From Octopus bimaculoides (taxonomy: Eukaryota), in NCBI RefSeq assembly GCF_001194135.2, contig NC_068989.1:69600801-69660891 (forward strand): a stretch of 60,091 nt of DNA. The letters are read 5' to 3'. Position numbers and translations under genes: made by a program. Under the pieces are notes generated by a model. That model made no database searches, was not told where the DNA came from, and saw nothing but the letters and a program-made list of their open reading frames with translations. This document shows positions 39,500 through 52,539 of this stretch, in pieces (the stretch's first letter is position 1; each line of letters starts with the position of its first letter).

Positions 39500-40140
39500 A
39501 TTTAGTTTTTGTTGCTACTTTTATTGCATTCTTTTCCTTGTTCTTGATTAAACAATTTTGAGTTGAAGCCAAAATATTTTGTTCAAAAGCTTTACCAGCA
39601 GATATTTTTATTTTGAGACTTAGTGAGAATCACGTTTCATATTGATGACTTCTTTGAGATTTTGTCAGGATCTCTTGTTTTAAGTATTCTTTGGTTTCAG
39701 ATACTTCTTGTTCTTTTTTTAAAAATTTTTTGTTATATTTTTGTAGTATTGTCTCTCACTTCTTTTGTTTTAGTATTTGAAGTCATTATAAATTGTTAGA
39801 GACTTTCTCTATCTTCTGTCTCTTTCTTTGTGCTTCCCATTTTGTTTGTTTGGTTTCAATATCCTGATAAGAGTAAACTGAATAAGCCCCACTTTCCTTT
39901 CCTGAGCAACCTCAGTGGTTGTTGCAGATATTAATTTGTTTAACTTGGTGATATTGATGTTTGTGTCTGTTATTATTAAGTCTCTGATGGCCAGGCTTGC
40001 ATTATTTACAGTTAATGCATTTCTATCATTAAATTTTATCCTTGAGCACCACTTTCATTGATCCATAAGTTCATCTATTGTTTTTGATTCTTTCATTATT
40101 TCCATTTTGAGATTATCATGTTCGTGGTCCACCTTTAGAA
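39500..40140 (-). mobile_element. Degenerate R4/Dong-like ORF, pre-RT region
   Basis: NITKLNKLISATT and KEYLKQEILTKSQRSHQYE resemble the conserved region upstream of RT in this clade. Confidence 0.45.
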
Positions 40141-40548
40141 TTTTTTACTCTCACATCTTTCTCATAGTACCTATCATTTATGTTTCTGTTTGTTTGTAAT
40201 GCAATGCAGGCATAGCTGTGTTTTCAAAAAAGTTTGCTTTCCAACCATTTGGTTTCTGGTTCAGTCCCACAGTATAGGAAAATGTCTATTGCTATAACCC
40301 TCGGCCAACCAAAACCTAGTCAACAGATTTGGTAGGTAGAAGCTGAAAGAAGCCTGTTGTGTGTGTGGTGTTGATGGTTATAATAATTAATATTGACAAT
40401 GCTGATAATGATGAAACCGTCTTCATTGGTCCAAGCTCTTCTCAACTTTTTCAAGTTCCTCTTGGAAAGGAAAATGAGAGTAGAGAGAGAAATGCTACTT
40501 CCCAGAAAATTTGCTGAAAGGTGGATTTGAGTAGTGAACATGATTGAT

Positions 40549-40760
40549 TCATTGGAATGAAATGGAAAGAATCAACCAATCTAAATTAAATTGTTTATTA
40601 TGATCTTTTAGATACCAAATTAATTTACTAAGTCCCGTACTGTTGCGTTTATTACTATCCCTAAATGTAGAGTAATGATTAGAAATTCTTTTAGATAACT
40701 GAGAGGAATATGATAAAGGCAAAGAATTGTGCCAACTCTGTAATACTGAGTTATTTTTTA
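40549..40760 (-). mobile_element. Penelope-like element remnant (GIY-YIG endonuclease C-terminal half)
   Basis: KRISNHYSTFRDSNKRNSTGLSKLIWYLKDHNKQFNLDWLIL matches the KR..NH..SF....RNST.LSK.IW.LK pattern. Confidence 0.7.
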
Positions 40761-41423
40761 TTCTTTTTTCTAAGAATCCCATTGTAAACATGGTATAGAG
40801 CATGCTTATCAATGTAAACATTGGCAGAAACATAACTTTTAGTTCTATAAGTGATATCTACCATTATATATAATTTGAACATTGATTTTCTTCTTACATT
40901 TCACTTCCATTAGATATATCTTTTTCCAAGCCTTTAAGCTTTTATTTAATTCACATATCGTTCTATATTTCTCATCTATTAGTTTTCTGCTTATTTCTTT
41001 CCTTTACCCCCTCCTCTTTCTATAGGCTACTTCTAAAGGTTTTAAAAAAAAAACTTAATATTGTTCCGTTCATCATTATACACATCTATCACATTCTGTT
41101 AAAATGTCTTATTGATGAGTTTGGTTTATTTCTTTCTTTCCCTGAATAGAAGATTACATTGTTTTACATCATTTTCATTCCTTTGGAATAATACCAATGT
41201 TGTCTTTGAAACATATGACGGAAGTAAAAGAAATTGAATAACACCTGCGTTTAACTTTATTTATTTATATATATTATGCAAAATATTTCACATCAAACCG
41301 GAGTTTCTACCTTTAAAATCAGGGTTTTATGTCCTTATTACTTGTGTGATTTTTTGCTGCCCTGGTAACTGTTTATCTATTTTTTCTGTGTTAATTGTAT
41401 ACAAGGGAAAAATACACATACCC

Positions 41424-41462
<39 letters not shown>

Positions 41463-41464
<2 letters not shown>

Positions 41465-42209
41465 GCCTTGGCCAAAAGTATTAGGCTACCCTAATGTTTT
41501 GGGGTTCTGCTATCTCTATGTTAATGAAACTCATGCACACAATAGATTATAGTATATTTCACAATATACATTAGTTTTAATATCTGGCTGATCCTCCTTT
41601 AGTATCAGTTACCACTTTTATATGGTTAGGTGTTGAATCAACTAGTTTCTTGCAGGTGCTAGGTGCCATTTTACTCCATTCTTCTCTCAACTTTTGGTAC
41701 AAATGCTCTTTATTTTAAATTGTTGTGTTCCTGATAGCTTCACCAAGAGTTCGCAAAGTGATTTAACCTTTTTTCTACCTGCTTTTTGTATTGTCTTCAC
41801 ATGTTTTGTCTCTCAGAAGTTTTTGAGTCATTTGCATCGCACATCAAGAACATTTCATCTGAGCAATTTGTCTTTGAGACATTCCATCTTCGTGATGAGC
41901 TACAATTTGACCTTGCTCACACTCACTCAACTCCCTTGTTTTAGACATTTTACTGTTTATTAACTGTATCTACAATGGATTTTAGCATAAAACTCTGAAA
42001 TAATCAAGGGAACATAAGTTAATTTTGGACGTTGGTCTTACAGTAGAGTATAAAAGCAGTAATTGATGCTAAAGGAGGGTCAACCAGATATTAAAACTAA
42101 TGCATATTGTGAAATACACCATAATCTACCATATGCACGAGTTTCATTAACATTGAGATAGCAGAACCCCAAAACATTGGGGGTGGCCTAATACTTTTGG
42201 CCAAGGCTG
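41463..42209 (-). mobile_element. Internally deleted Tc1-like element with long (~170+ bp) TIRs
   Basis: CAGCCTTGGCCAAAAGTATTAGG termini, right TA TSD; MSKTRELSECEQGQIVAHHEDGMSQRQIAQ at 41948 joined to C-terminal KLREEWSKMAPSTCKKLVDST..KGGSARY*. Confidence 0.9.
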
Positions 42210-42214
42210 TATAT

Positions 42215-42390
42215 ATATTGTAGACTTCCAAACAGTTTCTGTCTACCAAACTCACTCAGAATGCTTTGGTTAGTCTGGTGGTGGTGGTGCAGATATAATA
42301 AAAGACACTTGCCCAAGGTGCTGTGCAACAGAACTGAACCTGAAACCATGTGGTTGCAGAGCAAGATTCTTAACTGTGCAGCCATGTCTG
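42215..42390 (-). mobile_element. S2 SINE head
   Basis: Reverse-complement S2; the Tc1 element sits in its TA run. Confidence 0.7.
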
Positions 42391-43039
42391 TGTCGAAAGC
42401 CGAGAAAAGCGTTATACTAATTAGCTATACATAAATTAAGTAAGGTTGTTTGCTGAAGTACCAAGTTAATTTATGAATCAAGCTGAGCAGCAGGAATTCA
42501 GAAAATAGTTAGAAATGTAAAGTATTGACAAATGTATGCAGGAATTTTTATTGTATGTAAATGACATCGCTTATTCTCCTTGGTTTATCTCTGGTTGGTG
42601 AGGGGGAAAGATATAGTATAGTATTATCCGAGTTCAGATCTGTTAGATTGACATTGTATAACCTTATTCCATCAGTTGTTACTCAGTTGGGGGGGTCACG
42701 TTGGTAAATTTCATTATATTTTGTCAGATCGCAAATGGTTGGGAGCGTCACATGTCTTCATCTACATTAGAATTGTTAAGCTTTGCAAACTTATCGATCT
42801 CTATTCATGACCAAGTATTTGTGTTTTGTCTCCTATGGTTTCTTTATTCAATCTGTGGTTTTATCTTATTGTCCAGTTATAGAGAATTACATTTACTGCA
42901 CTGTTGTCTTTTAATACATAACTATTTGTGAAATATATATTTATAACATGGGTTTCCTTGGTTTGTAATAGACATAACAGATTCTATTGTTTATTTATAT
43001 TTTAATTTTCCATTATTTATTTATTTTGTTTTCAAGACA

Positions 43040-43200
43040 GATATGGCTGTTTGGTTAAGAAGCTTGCTTCCCAGTCATGTGGTTTTGAGTTCAGTCCCAC
43101 AGTGTGACACTTTGGGCAAATGTCTTCTTCTATAGCCCTGAAACAAACAAAGCCCTCTGTATAAACCTGGTAGACAGAAACTAAAGAGGATTGGTATGTG
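43040..43200 (+). mobile_element. S2 SINE head
   Basis: GAGTTCAGTCCCAC..GGGCAAATGTCTTCT motif. Confidence 0.7.
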
Positions 43201-44254
43201 TGTGTGTATGTGCATGCATATATATATATATATATTTCATATAAATATATATATATACATACATAAATATGTGTACACACACATGCACACACATTGAAAG
43301 GATAACTCAATAATTTTTAGTACAGTTTGGCAAAACTTGAAGTCATTGTCAACCTTTTTCTTGTAAAAGTTGGATTTCACACACACACAGTAGGTAGATA
43401 GATAAATAGATGTGTATATGTGTGTGTGATGGTGATTTGTTCATATATGATCACAATTACATACATACATACACACTCACACATACATATATACATACAT
43501 ACATATGAGTGTGTGTGTGTGTTCTCATTTTGACATCATGTGATATTTGTAAAGAAATGTCACCATCATAGAAGCAGTGTTGTTCATTTCCAATTTTCCA
43601 TGAAACAAAGGCAAAATATTACTTCACTTGGAGCCATCACAAGTTAGTGACAAGGAAAGGCATTTTGCTGTAGGAAAATCTGCCTCAAGAAACTCAGTCT
43701 TACCCATGCAAGCAAGCAAAATTTGTCATTAAAATAATAATGATGATGTCCCTCTTTTGAAGTTCTTGTGCACTTGACATTAGGGACAAGTGTCCTAGTT
43801 CTATCTAATTTGTGAGAATTATATCTAGCTAATCATTTGAATGCTAGTCAGCCTCACATAATCTCTGATTCTATGACACAAAAGTACTGCAATTTCAAAA
43901 TTTTATGTTTAAATTAAGCTCTTTCTTGCCTCTTCAGACGATGGTGAATTACATATTATGATGTAATCTTTTATGACCTCATTAAGTAAATAAAATTCTA
44001 CCAAAACTGCTGTCATAACTTTTAAAAGCCATTTGTGTTTATTTTATATATATATATATATATATNNNNNNNNNNNNNNNNNNNNNNNNNNNNNNNNNNN
44101 NNNNNNNNNNNNNNNNNNNNNNNNNNNNNNNTATATATATAGATATAGATATAGATATAAAGTATATATATAAAATCTATAAAGCTCAATTTTTAATTTT
44201 TTATAAATTGATTTTAATTGAGTTTTACCTGTAATTTTGGATTTTGTCCCTAAT

Positions 44255-44286
<32 letters not shown>

Positions 44287-44294
44287 TATATAAC

Positions 44295-44490
44295 AGGTTT
44301 CTTTCAGTCTCTGTCTACTAAATATAACAGGCTTCTTTCAGTTTCTGTCTACCAAATTCATTCATAAGGCTTTGGTTGACCTGGAGCTACAGTATAAGGC
44401 ACTTGCCCAAGGTATCATACAGTGGGACTGAACTCAAAAGCGTATGGTTGGGAAGCAAGCTTCTCAGCCACACAGCCATGCCTGCACTTA
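44295..44490 (-). mobile_element. S2 SINE head
   Basis: Reverse-complement S2 with a short internal duplication. Confidence 0.7.
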
Positions 44491-44989
44491 TATGAATATT
44501 AAATGATGATAATGAAGTGTGAGAGATGCTTATCTAACCTTAACTCTTTCAAAACTGAAATAAGTTCTCTCACACTTTGTCTACTCTCACACCATTGCTT
44601 CAGGGCATCTGACATGCATAAGAATCAGTAGTGAAACCTCCTACACCTATTGGTTTAATTCAAAGTCCTCCCACTTCTTTTCTGATGGTCCCCATGGTGA
44701 TGAGCAGACTTAATAGCAAGAATTTATTATATAAAATTGCTAGGCTGATTACGAGGGTGGGGGTGAAATTTATTTTCAACATCTCTGCTTGATATTATTT
44801 GAAGCGCCATGGTTTTTTTTTAATGTTTTTAATTTATCGTCTTTATGGTTGCTTTTAACTAGATTATTAAAAGAAAAAGGAAAAGAAAGAATCTTCCCCT
44901 TGAGACAGTAGCTTAACTTCAGTATTTATTAGTTGACATAATATAAGCACAAACACACACACATGCATGCAAATAGTAATACAGTGGTT

Positions 44990-45230
44990 TCATCATCATC
45001 ATCATCATCATTTAACGTCTGTTTTCCATACTGGCATGGGTTGGACAGTTTGACTGGAGCTGGAAAGCTGGAGAGCTGCACCAGGTTCCAGTCAGCTTTG
45101 GCTTGGTTTTTATGGCTAGATGCTCTTCCTAATGCCAACCACTTTACAGTGTGTGGTGGGTGCTTTTTTATGGGACATTGGTACAAGTGCTCTTACATGA
45201 CACCGGCATCAGTGCTTTTTATGTGGTATC
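44990..45230 (-). mobile_element. S3 copy
   Basis: (CAT)n followed by the reverse complement of the S3 tail. Confidence 0.8.
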
Positions 45231-46089
45231 AACACAGAGCTCTTGCAAACTTCAGTATTAATTACTGGTCATAATACACAACAAACTTACATAATATACA
45301 CACACACACATGCAAATATCGACATATATTCACGCTGTGAAAGGAACAATTTAAACAGATATATAATACACACCTTGCATGCATACACACAAACATACCC
45401 TCATTCAAATTTATACGGTTCCATGCTACCATACATATATGTGTAAGGACTACAGTCGAACAATTGTTTTATTTTATCCTAATCAACTGTAACTTAGTAA
45501 AAGGTTATATTGAAGAAACAAATGTTGACACTTTTGAGTAATTAGCAGTCATCAAGCTACTATACACACAATAATGTGTACATGCTATATATACATTGAC
45601 AAACTTCATTGCTAATACATTTTCCTGTTTTTCAAATTAGATTAATGTGTTTTCTCCATTCAGCTAATGCTTGCTTTGACTCTGTATGTGTGTGTCTGTC
45701 ATTCCATGAGTTAAAAATGCATTTAATTATAGTAAATTAAATGTTTATTTGTTCATTTTACAATGCAGCCTAGTATGTTAGGAAGACTTTAATGAATTTC
45801 AGTAATTTTGACAGAGGAAATAGCACCTTGAACTAATGCTGTAATATCTTTTGTTGCTATTGTAATTTTTTATTTCTTGAGAGTGACATTTAAAAAGTGC
45901 TAAAATCTGATTTGTTTTTGTTGGTTTGTTTTCTGTTTCCTTTGTATACTTGATGTTTTAGTATAACAGTAGCACATTTGTCATGATCACAGAAGATATA
46001 TGGCCTTGTGTCCCACAGGCAGCTTTCAACTGTTTTCTACCCCAGAGTGTTTTAACCCAATATTCTATATATGCTATTATTTATAGCTT

Positions 46090-46275
46090 TAAAGGCAGTG
46101 AGCCAGTAGAATCATTAGCACACCAGGCAAAACACGTAGCAGTATTTTGTTTGTCAGCTTTGCCTTTCATCCTTTCAGGGTCGATAGAATAAGTACCAGT
46201 TGAACACTTGGTTCAATGTAATTGACTTACCCCATGCCCTGAACTTGCTGGCCTTGCACCAAAATTTGAAATATT
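46090..46275 (+). mobile_element. S1 SINE, internally deleted and CpG-decayed
   Basis: GGCAGTGAGCCAGTAGAATCATTAGC head; GCCTTTCATCCTTTCAGGGTCGAT core. Confidence 0.75.
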
Positions 46276-46394
46276 ATTTATAGCTTTATCTGTTTCAAGT
46301 TCCATCACAGCACAATTCATTTCATATCTCTTGAAGTTTCTTAAAAAATATTAAAAATTCTTTTTTTTTCTTGTTTTTGTTTTTTGGCACTCTG

Positions 46395-46720
46395 TTGCTT
46401 ATGGCGACAAGTGTTCCAGTCGATCTGATCAACAGAACAGTCTGATCATGAAATTAACATGCAAGCAGCTGAGTACTCTACAGACATGCGTACCCTTAAC
46501 ATAGTTCTCCAGGGGATTCTTCAGCATGGGACAAAATGTGACAAGTATGACAAGGCTAACCCTTTCAATTATAGGTACAACTCATTTTTGCTAGCTGAGT
46601 GAACTGGAGCAATGTGACATAAATTGTCTTGCCCAAGGACACAATACATCACTGGGAATCAAACTCATGACCTTACAATCATGAGCCAAATACCCCTAAC
46701 TTTTAAGACATGAACCTTCA
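46395..46720 (-). mobile_element. SINE family S5 (shares 3' tail with S4)
   Basis: Similar to 49060-49345; tail similar to 25010-25177. Confidence 0.7.
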
Positions 46721-47509
46721 CATCAAAATTCTTATAATGTACACGACATACACTTCTCACTGATAAGAACAAAACTTCTTTAACTGATGGAGAAAATTTG
46801 GAGACTTGATTTGGTTTAATGCTAGCTCATAGAAGATGTGAGTTCATGTCCATTGCCATATAATGAGACTAAACCTGGAAACATGGAGTTCAGAAGCAAA
46901 CTTCTTAACCACACAACCATGCCTGCACTTATATCATATTGATCTGCATATTAAGTGCCTTCAGATCCCTTTCAGTCTGTATTAGCTGAAATGATAGCAT
47001 TACCTTCGTTTAGTCACACCTCTTCTGTGTATCTTTTGTGTCTTCATTCATTATTAATAATAACTGACCGACTAGTCATTATGAAATATATCTCTAGAGT
47101 AATTGAGTTAGTTAAAACTAACCCTGTACAGCTTGAAGCACTTAATGTACATTATGCTACAACTACATTAAGAGGTATGACAGCTTTCCAAGCTTCCATT
47201 TTTGTGATCTTGGATCTGTCTTCTTTAAACTAACCTTTATTCAATTCAATTATCTTCATTGTTTTAACATACACTTTTCCATGCTTGTATAGCAAAGATG
47301 AAATTTGTTGAGGCAGATTTTCTATGGCTGGATGCTTTTCCTGTCACAAGCCTTCCCCTGTTTCAAAGCAAGGTAATATTTCCCAATAGTTGGGTGTTTT
47401 CAATGAAGATTGGAAACAAAGGACATTGCTATAGTAGAAGACACTTGCTCAGAGTGCCACACTGTGGGACTGAACCCGAAACTACATGGTTGGGAAGCAA
47501 ACTTCTTAA

Positions 47510-47722
47510 CCCATTAGCATATAAACCAGCCATATCCAGCCCAGATATTCTACCTGTTTTATGTTTAAATTGGCATGATCCAACCTTTCACACCTACTGT
47601 GCAATGTCATTCTAAAAATAAACAATTTCAACATTGAAATCTCAAAGCTATGAGATAATACAGGATTAATATTATAAAATATGAAGCATTACATTTGACA
47701 AAATAATCTGAATGCTAAAGGG
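47510..47722. mobile_element. piggyBac-like MITE family A inserted in a TTAA within an S2 head
   Basis: TTAA|CCCATTAGCAT ... ATGCTAAAGGG|TTAA. Confidence 0.8.
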
Positions 47723-49059
47723 TTAAATATATAGCCATTTCTGTGCCTTACATTCTTCATATAGCACTGTATTTTTGTATTCATTTTTAATCTTTTTTTT
47801 CATCATCCATGTGTAATTCTCTACTTCTCTTTATAGTTGTTGTGTAAGAGATTTTCACCTTTGATGTCTTGGTTTTTGTTTCACATTTACACAAGGTCTT
47901 CAACCTTTTCTTTTACTCTGCCTTACACATCATGTCTTGGAAAATATCCCAATCTTGTAACAGTACAACAGTAGGATCCAAGAAAGTTAGTGATGTTCTC
48001 CATTGGTAAAAGCCAAAAAAAAAAAGTATTCAAACAAAAATAGAACATGTTTTATACTCTGTGGTAGAAGAGAAATTACTCTTTTCTTATGGCATAAACC
48101 ACACATGGGAAACCTTTTTTGAGTAGTGGGCCACAAGACATGACTCATCATCAGACTTTAAAATAAGTACTGGGGTTGATTTGTTTGACTAAATCCTTCA
48201 AGGTGGAGCTCAACATGGCCGCAGATCAATGAGTGAAACAAGTTAGAACTAAAAAGATAAAATATATTCAAAATTAACTGAAACGAGGGCTCTGTGTTTC
48301 AACAGAATTATAGAAAGAAAAGGGTTTTTCTTGTAATAAAACATTTATTATGTTATGCATTTAAAGCTGACAATAGTGAACTGTTCCACACTGTGACAGC
48401 CATTCATCGTTTGAAGGGCTGAGCCATGGAAATTTTAAAGTATTTATATGAGAATGAAGTGCAATGACATCCATTATGGCATGTAAACCATTGGTTTTTC
48501 ATAAAGTTTTCCTTGGCTGCCACTCTAACAACTTTGCCAACTACAATCTTCATGAACCACCAAAAATTAACTTCCTTTTCAGTCTGGTCTCAATTATCTA
48601 AGTGAAGTGTGTTAAATCATGAAATTACTTGAGTGATTAATATCTTGACATTAGAGATCAAGAAGATATTCATTTTTATATCATAAATTTTTATTCTTTT
48701 TATTTTTTAATATTTGTTTTTATCTTAGTTCATTTCATAATTGATTATTAGGAGTTATTTAACATGGGTTCTTTTCATGACGTCACAGCTTGGATAAATT
48801 TACAGATTATCTCTTAACCAATTCCTAAACCTCTATTAGTTTATTTTTAAAGCCTAATTCTTTGGAAAAACACACCATATCTCTGGCTTAACATTTGCTC
48901 TGGCATACTATCTGATTACAATAAAGAATAAATAAAATGTTTATCCAACAAACACTACCTAATTCTATTACATGGTAATGGATTTCCACCACTTATAATG
49001 ATGACTATGCAGTTGTTTGATCAACTTGACTAACACTGGCTCTCTGTTGATTACAACAA

Positions 49060-49345
49060 CGAGTGTTCCAGTTGATCTGATCATTGGAAAAGCCTGCTTG
49101 TGAAATTCATGTGCAAGTGGGAGCACACTCCACAGACACACATACACTTAACATAGTTCTCAAGGAGATTCAATGCAACAGAAAATGTGACAAGGCTGGT
49201 TCTATGAATTACAGGTACAACTCATTTTCGCTAGCTGAGTAGACTGGAGCAATGTGAAATAAAGTATCACGCTCAAGGACATAATGTGCTGCTGGGAATC
49301 GAACTCACTGACCAATCGTGAGCCACATACCCCTTACCACTAAGC
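49060..49345 (-). mobile_element. S5 SINE copy
   Basis: Similar to 46395-46720; GGGAATCGAACTC is a reverse B-box. Confidence 0.7.
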
Positions 49346-49479
49346 CAAGCTCTTTAAATTATGTCTCAGTATACAGACACTTCATAAACACATTTACCCT
49401 TAATAAATTCTCAGGTGACAATGCATTTAACATGGACATACCTTTTGAATTATTGGTACAATCCATTATCTTTTATCTG

Positions 49480-49869
49480 TTTCAGTCATTGGACTGTGAC
49501 CATACTGGAGCACTGCTTTGAAAGGTTTAGTTGACTCCAGTGCTTACTTTTCAAGCTGGCACTTATTCTATTGGTCTCTTTTGCTGAACTGCTCCATTAT
49601 AGGGACATAAACAAACTAATACCAGTTGTCTCAAGTGGTGGTTGGGGACAAACACATGCACAAAGACACACAGATATATATACATACTGTATTTTAATGT
49701 GTTTAAGGAACCCTTGTGTATAAGGAGCCCCCAAATCTTGGGGGCTTAAAATTTGGAAAAAAGGTTTTGTAAGGGATTATAATACTATCCATGTATAAGA
49801 AACTCCCATTTTTTTAAACCTAATTTTTGAAAAAAAAAGGGTTCCTTATACATATTAAAATATGGTATG

Positions 49870-49917
<48 letters not shown>

Positions 49918-50080
49918 CACACACAATGGGCTTCTTCCAGTTTCTGTCTACCAAATCCATTCACATAGCTTTGGTCAACCATGGGCTATAGTGGAAGACA
50001 CTTGCTTAGTGTGCCAAGCAGTGAGACTGAACCTGGAACCATGTGGTTGAGAAGCAAACTTCTCAATACACAGCCATGCC
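49480..50080 (-). mobile_element. S2 SINE containing a nested MITE
   Basis: S2 3' body and head lie on either side of 49687-49865. Confidence 0.75.
49687..49865. mobile_element. pogo/Tigger-like MITE
   Basis: TA TSD; TIR CTGTATTTTAATGTGTTTAAGG vs (reverse complement) CCATATTTTAATATGTATAAGG. Confidence 0.65.
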
Positions 50081-50726
50081 TGGAAAAGTTGATGTTGAAA
50101 CAATAATCATGATGACCCTGTAATATAACCCACTGAAAGAACAAAAGAAATGTATAGAACGTCACAATGCCAAATAATAATATCAGTATACTTAGGAAGA
50201 AAGAATAGCGGGGGGGGGGGGGACCTTTAATTTAGTCTTAAAAAAAAAGTATGATTTCTTTTTGTAAAATATATCAGAGTATTTAAGAGATAGGTTGGTC
50301 GATGCATTCTCTTCATTCCTATATAATAAGGCTGGTATACTTTTGGAAGTAATATCCTTTCCTAAGTGGGAAAGTATATACCTATTCTGTTTAGAATGCT
50401 GTTTTGCTATAGCAAGTATATTTGATAATTAAGCCTTGTATGTCAGCTACACTAAGTATGATTTATTTATGAATCCAAATAACTTCACATCAGGTTTTGT
50501 CGAACTTTTCTAGTAATTTTCTTAGAGTGTTTTGCTGTTTTGTAAAATTAGAGTCTTCTTGTTAATATTATTTTGTTTACTATATATTTTTGCTTCCCAG
50601 ATTGAAAAAAACAAAACAAACTAAGACAGCCATTATGAAGCATTTAACCAGTAAAATATTGTATTGCACAAAATAAGAAGCATTTATGTTGTATAACATT
50701 TTTTCACGAAGCATGGAACATATTAC

Positions 50727-50780
50727 CTGCATCAGTTGTTAGCTGCCAAAGTATTGCAACATTTAAAACCTCCTTGCTTC
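50727..50780 (-). CDS. Candidate 54-nt exon (xSKEVLNVAILWQLTTDA), or 5' UTR exon ending ATG CAG
   Basis: Acceptor GCTTATTTCAG, donor CAG|GTAATA; its phase-1 frame continues the 52213-51976 ORF. Confidence 0.35.
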
Positions 50781-50889
50781 CTGAAATAAGCCAACACTAC
50801 ACCTGATATCTACCCGCTCTGTACGCATGCACACATGTATATCATGACTCATACACTATTCACTTTCCTGAGTTTTGTATATAATTCTA

Positions 50890-51235
50890 TGTACTGTGTG
50901 CCCAGCCTTCCTGGCACTTGTGCCAGTGGCACGTGCAAAGACATTCGAGCGAGATCGTTGCCAGTGCCGCTGGACTGGCTCCTGTGCAGGTGGCACGTAA
51001 AATACACCATTTTGAGCGTGGCCGTTGCCAGTACTGTCTGACTGGCCTTCGTGCTGGTGGCACGTAAAAGCACCCACTACACTCTCAGAGTGGTTGGCGT
51101 TAGGAAGGGCATCCAGCTGTAGAAATTGCCAAATCAGAATGGAGCCTGGTGTAGCCATCTGGTTTCACCAGTCCTCAGTCAAATCGTCCAAACCATGCTA
51201 GCATGGAAAGCGGACGTTAAACGATGATGATGATG
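50890..51235 (+). mobile_element. S3 copy
   Basis: High similarity to 681-978. Confidence 0.85.
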
Positions 51236-51351
51236 TACATGCACCTTTCATGAGTTGTAGTTCACCTGAGCACTACACATATTATTATATCACTGTTTAT
51301 TTCAAAGAGTTTCACTAAGAGTATTCTTCTTTAATCAACAACAATAATAGT

Positions 51352-51790
51352 TCTTTCTACAATAGGCACAAGGCCTTAAATTTCATAGGGAAAGGTGTTA
51401 GTTGATTACATCAACCCCAGTGCTCAACCAGTACTTCATTTTATGGATCCCGAAAGGATGAAAGGCAAAGTCAACCTTGTGAAATTTGAAATCAGAATGT
51501 AAAGTTGGATGAAATGCTGCTAAGCATGTTGTCTGGCATGCTAATGATTCTGCCAGCTTAATACCTTAACAACAACAGCAATAATAATTCTTTCTAATTT
51601 TTGGCACAAGGTCAGTAATTTTAGCAGGAGAAGGTTAAGTTGATGCAATTGACACCAGTATTTGACTGGTACTTTATTTTAGTGACTTGAAAAGGATGAA
51701 AGGCAGAATCAATGTTGGTAGAATTTGACCTCGGAAGAGAAATCTGGAAGAAATGCTGCTAAGCACTTTGTCCGACACAGAATTGTTACT
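51352..51790 (-). mobile_element. Two tandem S1-type SINEs separated by AAC/AAT runs
   Basis: Copies at ~51352-51560 and ~51585-51790. Confidence 0.8.
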
Positions 51791-51975
51791 ATCAGCTCCA
51801 GTGGCAGCTCGTAGATAAAATTAGTGGAGGTACTGCTTCAAAAAATATTTAGCTGTTGTTTTAATATTGTGTAAAAGGAAACAAACATATAAAAAGAAAA
51901 TTTATACATAAATTTGATTGGTTTGTGTTTTAGCCACTGCTAGGTAGTGTGTTTAATTTGTTCACTGTACCTCAC

Positions 51976-52260
51976 CGCGAATTCCCCCTTGTTTTTCAAA
52001 AATCCCCCTTAAATTACAAAAGAAGAGGGGGAAATGTACCCTATTTTTCAAATCCTGGCAGCAACACTGAAACTGGAAGCAGGATAATAATCTAATTCTA
52101 CACTTTATCACATTCAAGAATATAAACATGTTTTTAAGCACAACACATGCGGAGTCAAAAAGAAACACTACTTTCCACCTGGCACTGTCGTTCATGCAGT
52201 GCTCTCTCTCCATAGTGTGAAGTTTCCTACTTCAGACATGTGAGCATGCGCACAACAGCC
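51976..52260 (-). promoter_or_regulatory. Candidate promoter / first exon of a minus-strand gene
   Basis: Donor GCG|GTGAGG at 51976; GCATGCGCA (NRF1-like) at 52244-52252; onset of CpG-retaining DNA. Confidence 0.4.
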
Positions 52261-52539
52261 AAACACCGCATCACTGTAACTGTGAAGTGCACAGTTCTAA
52301 ACAAGGGTTTTTGTATTTTTTTCATAAACTAGGGGATGGCTACTGACATTAAGCTTAAAGATTATATAATGTACAAGTATAAAGAAAGAATTAAAGAAAA
52401 AAGGACTCATTATATTGAATGTAATTGATAATATCGAGTGGAAATAGGGGGTGCTGCAGTCCTTATATGCGAACCACTATCAGCTCACTATCTTAACAAC
52501 AACAACAATAAGAAGAATGCTACTTTTTGCACATGGCTA

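Noticed and set aside
40410-40447. Minus acceptor followed by EELEKVEKSLDQ*
   Set aside because: Too short to support without transcript data.
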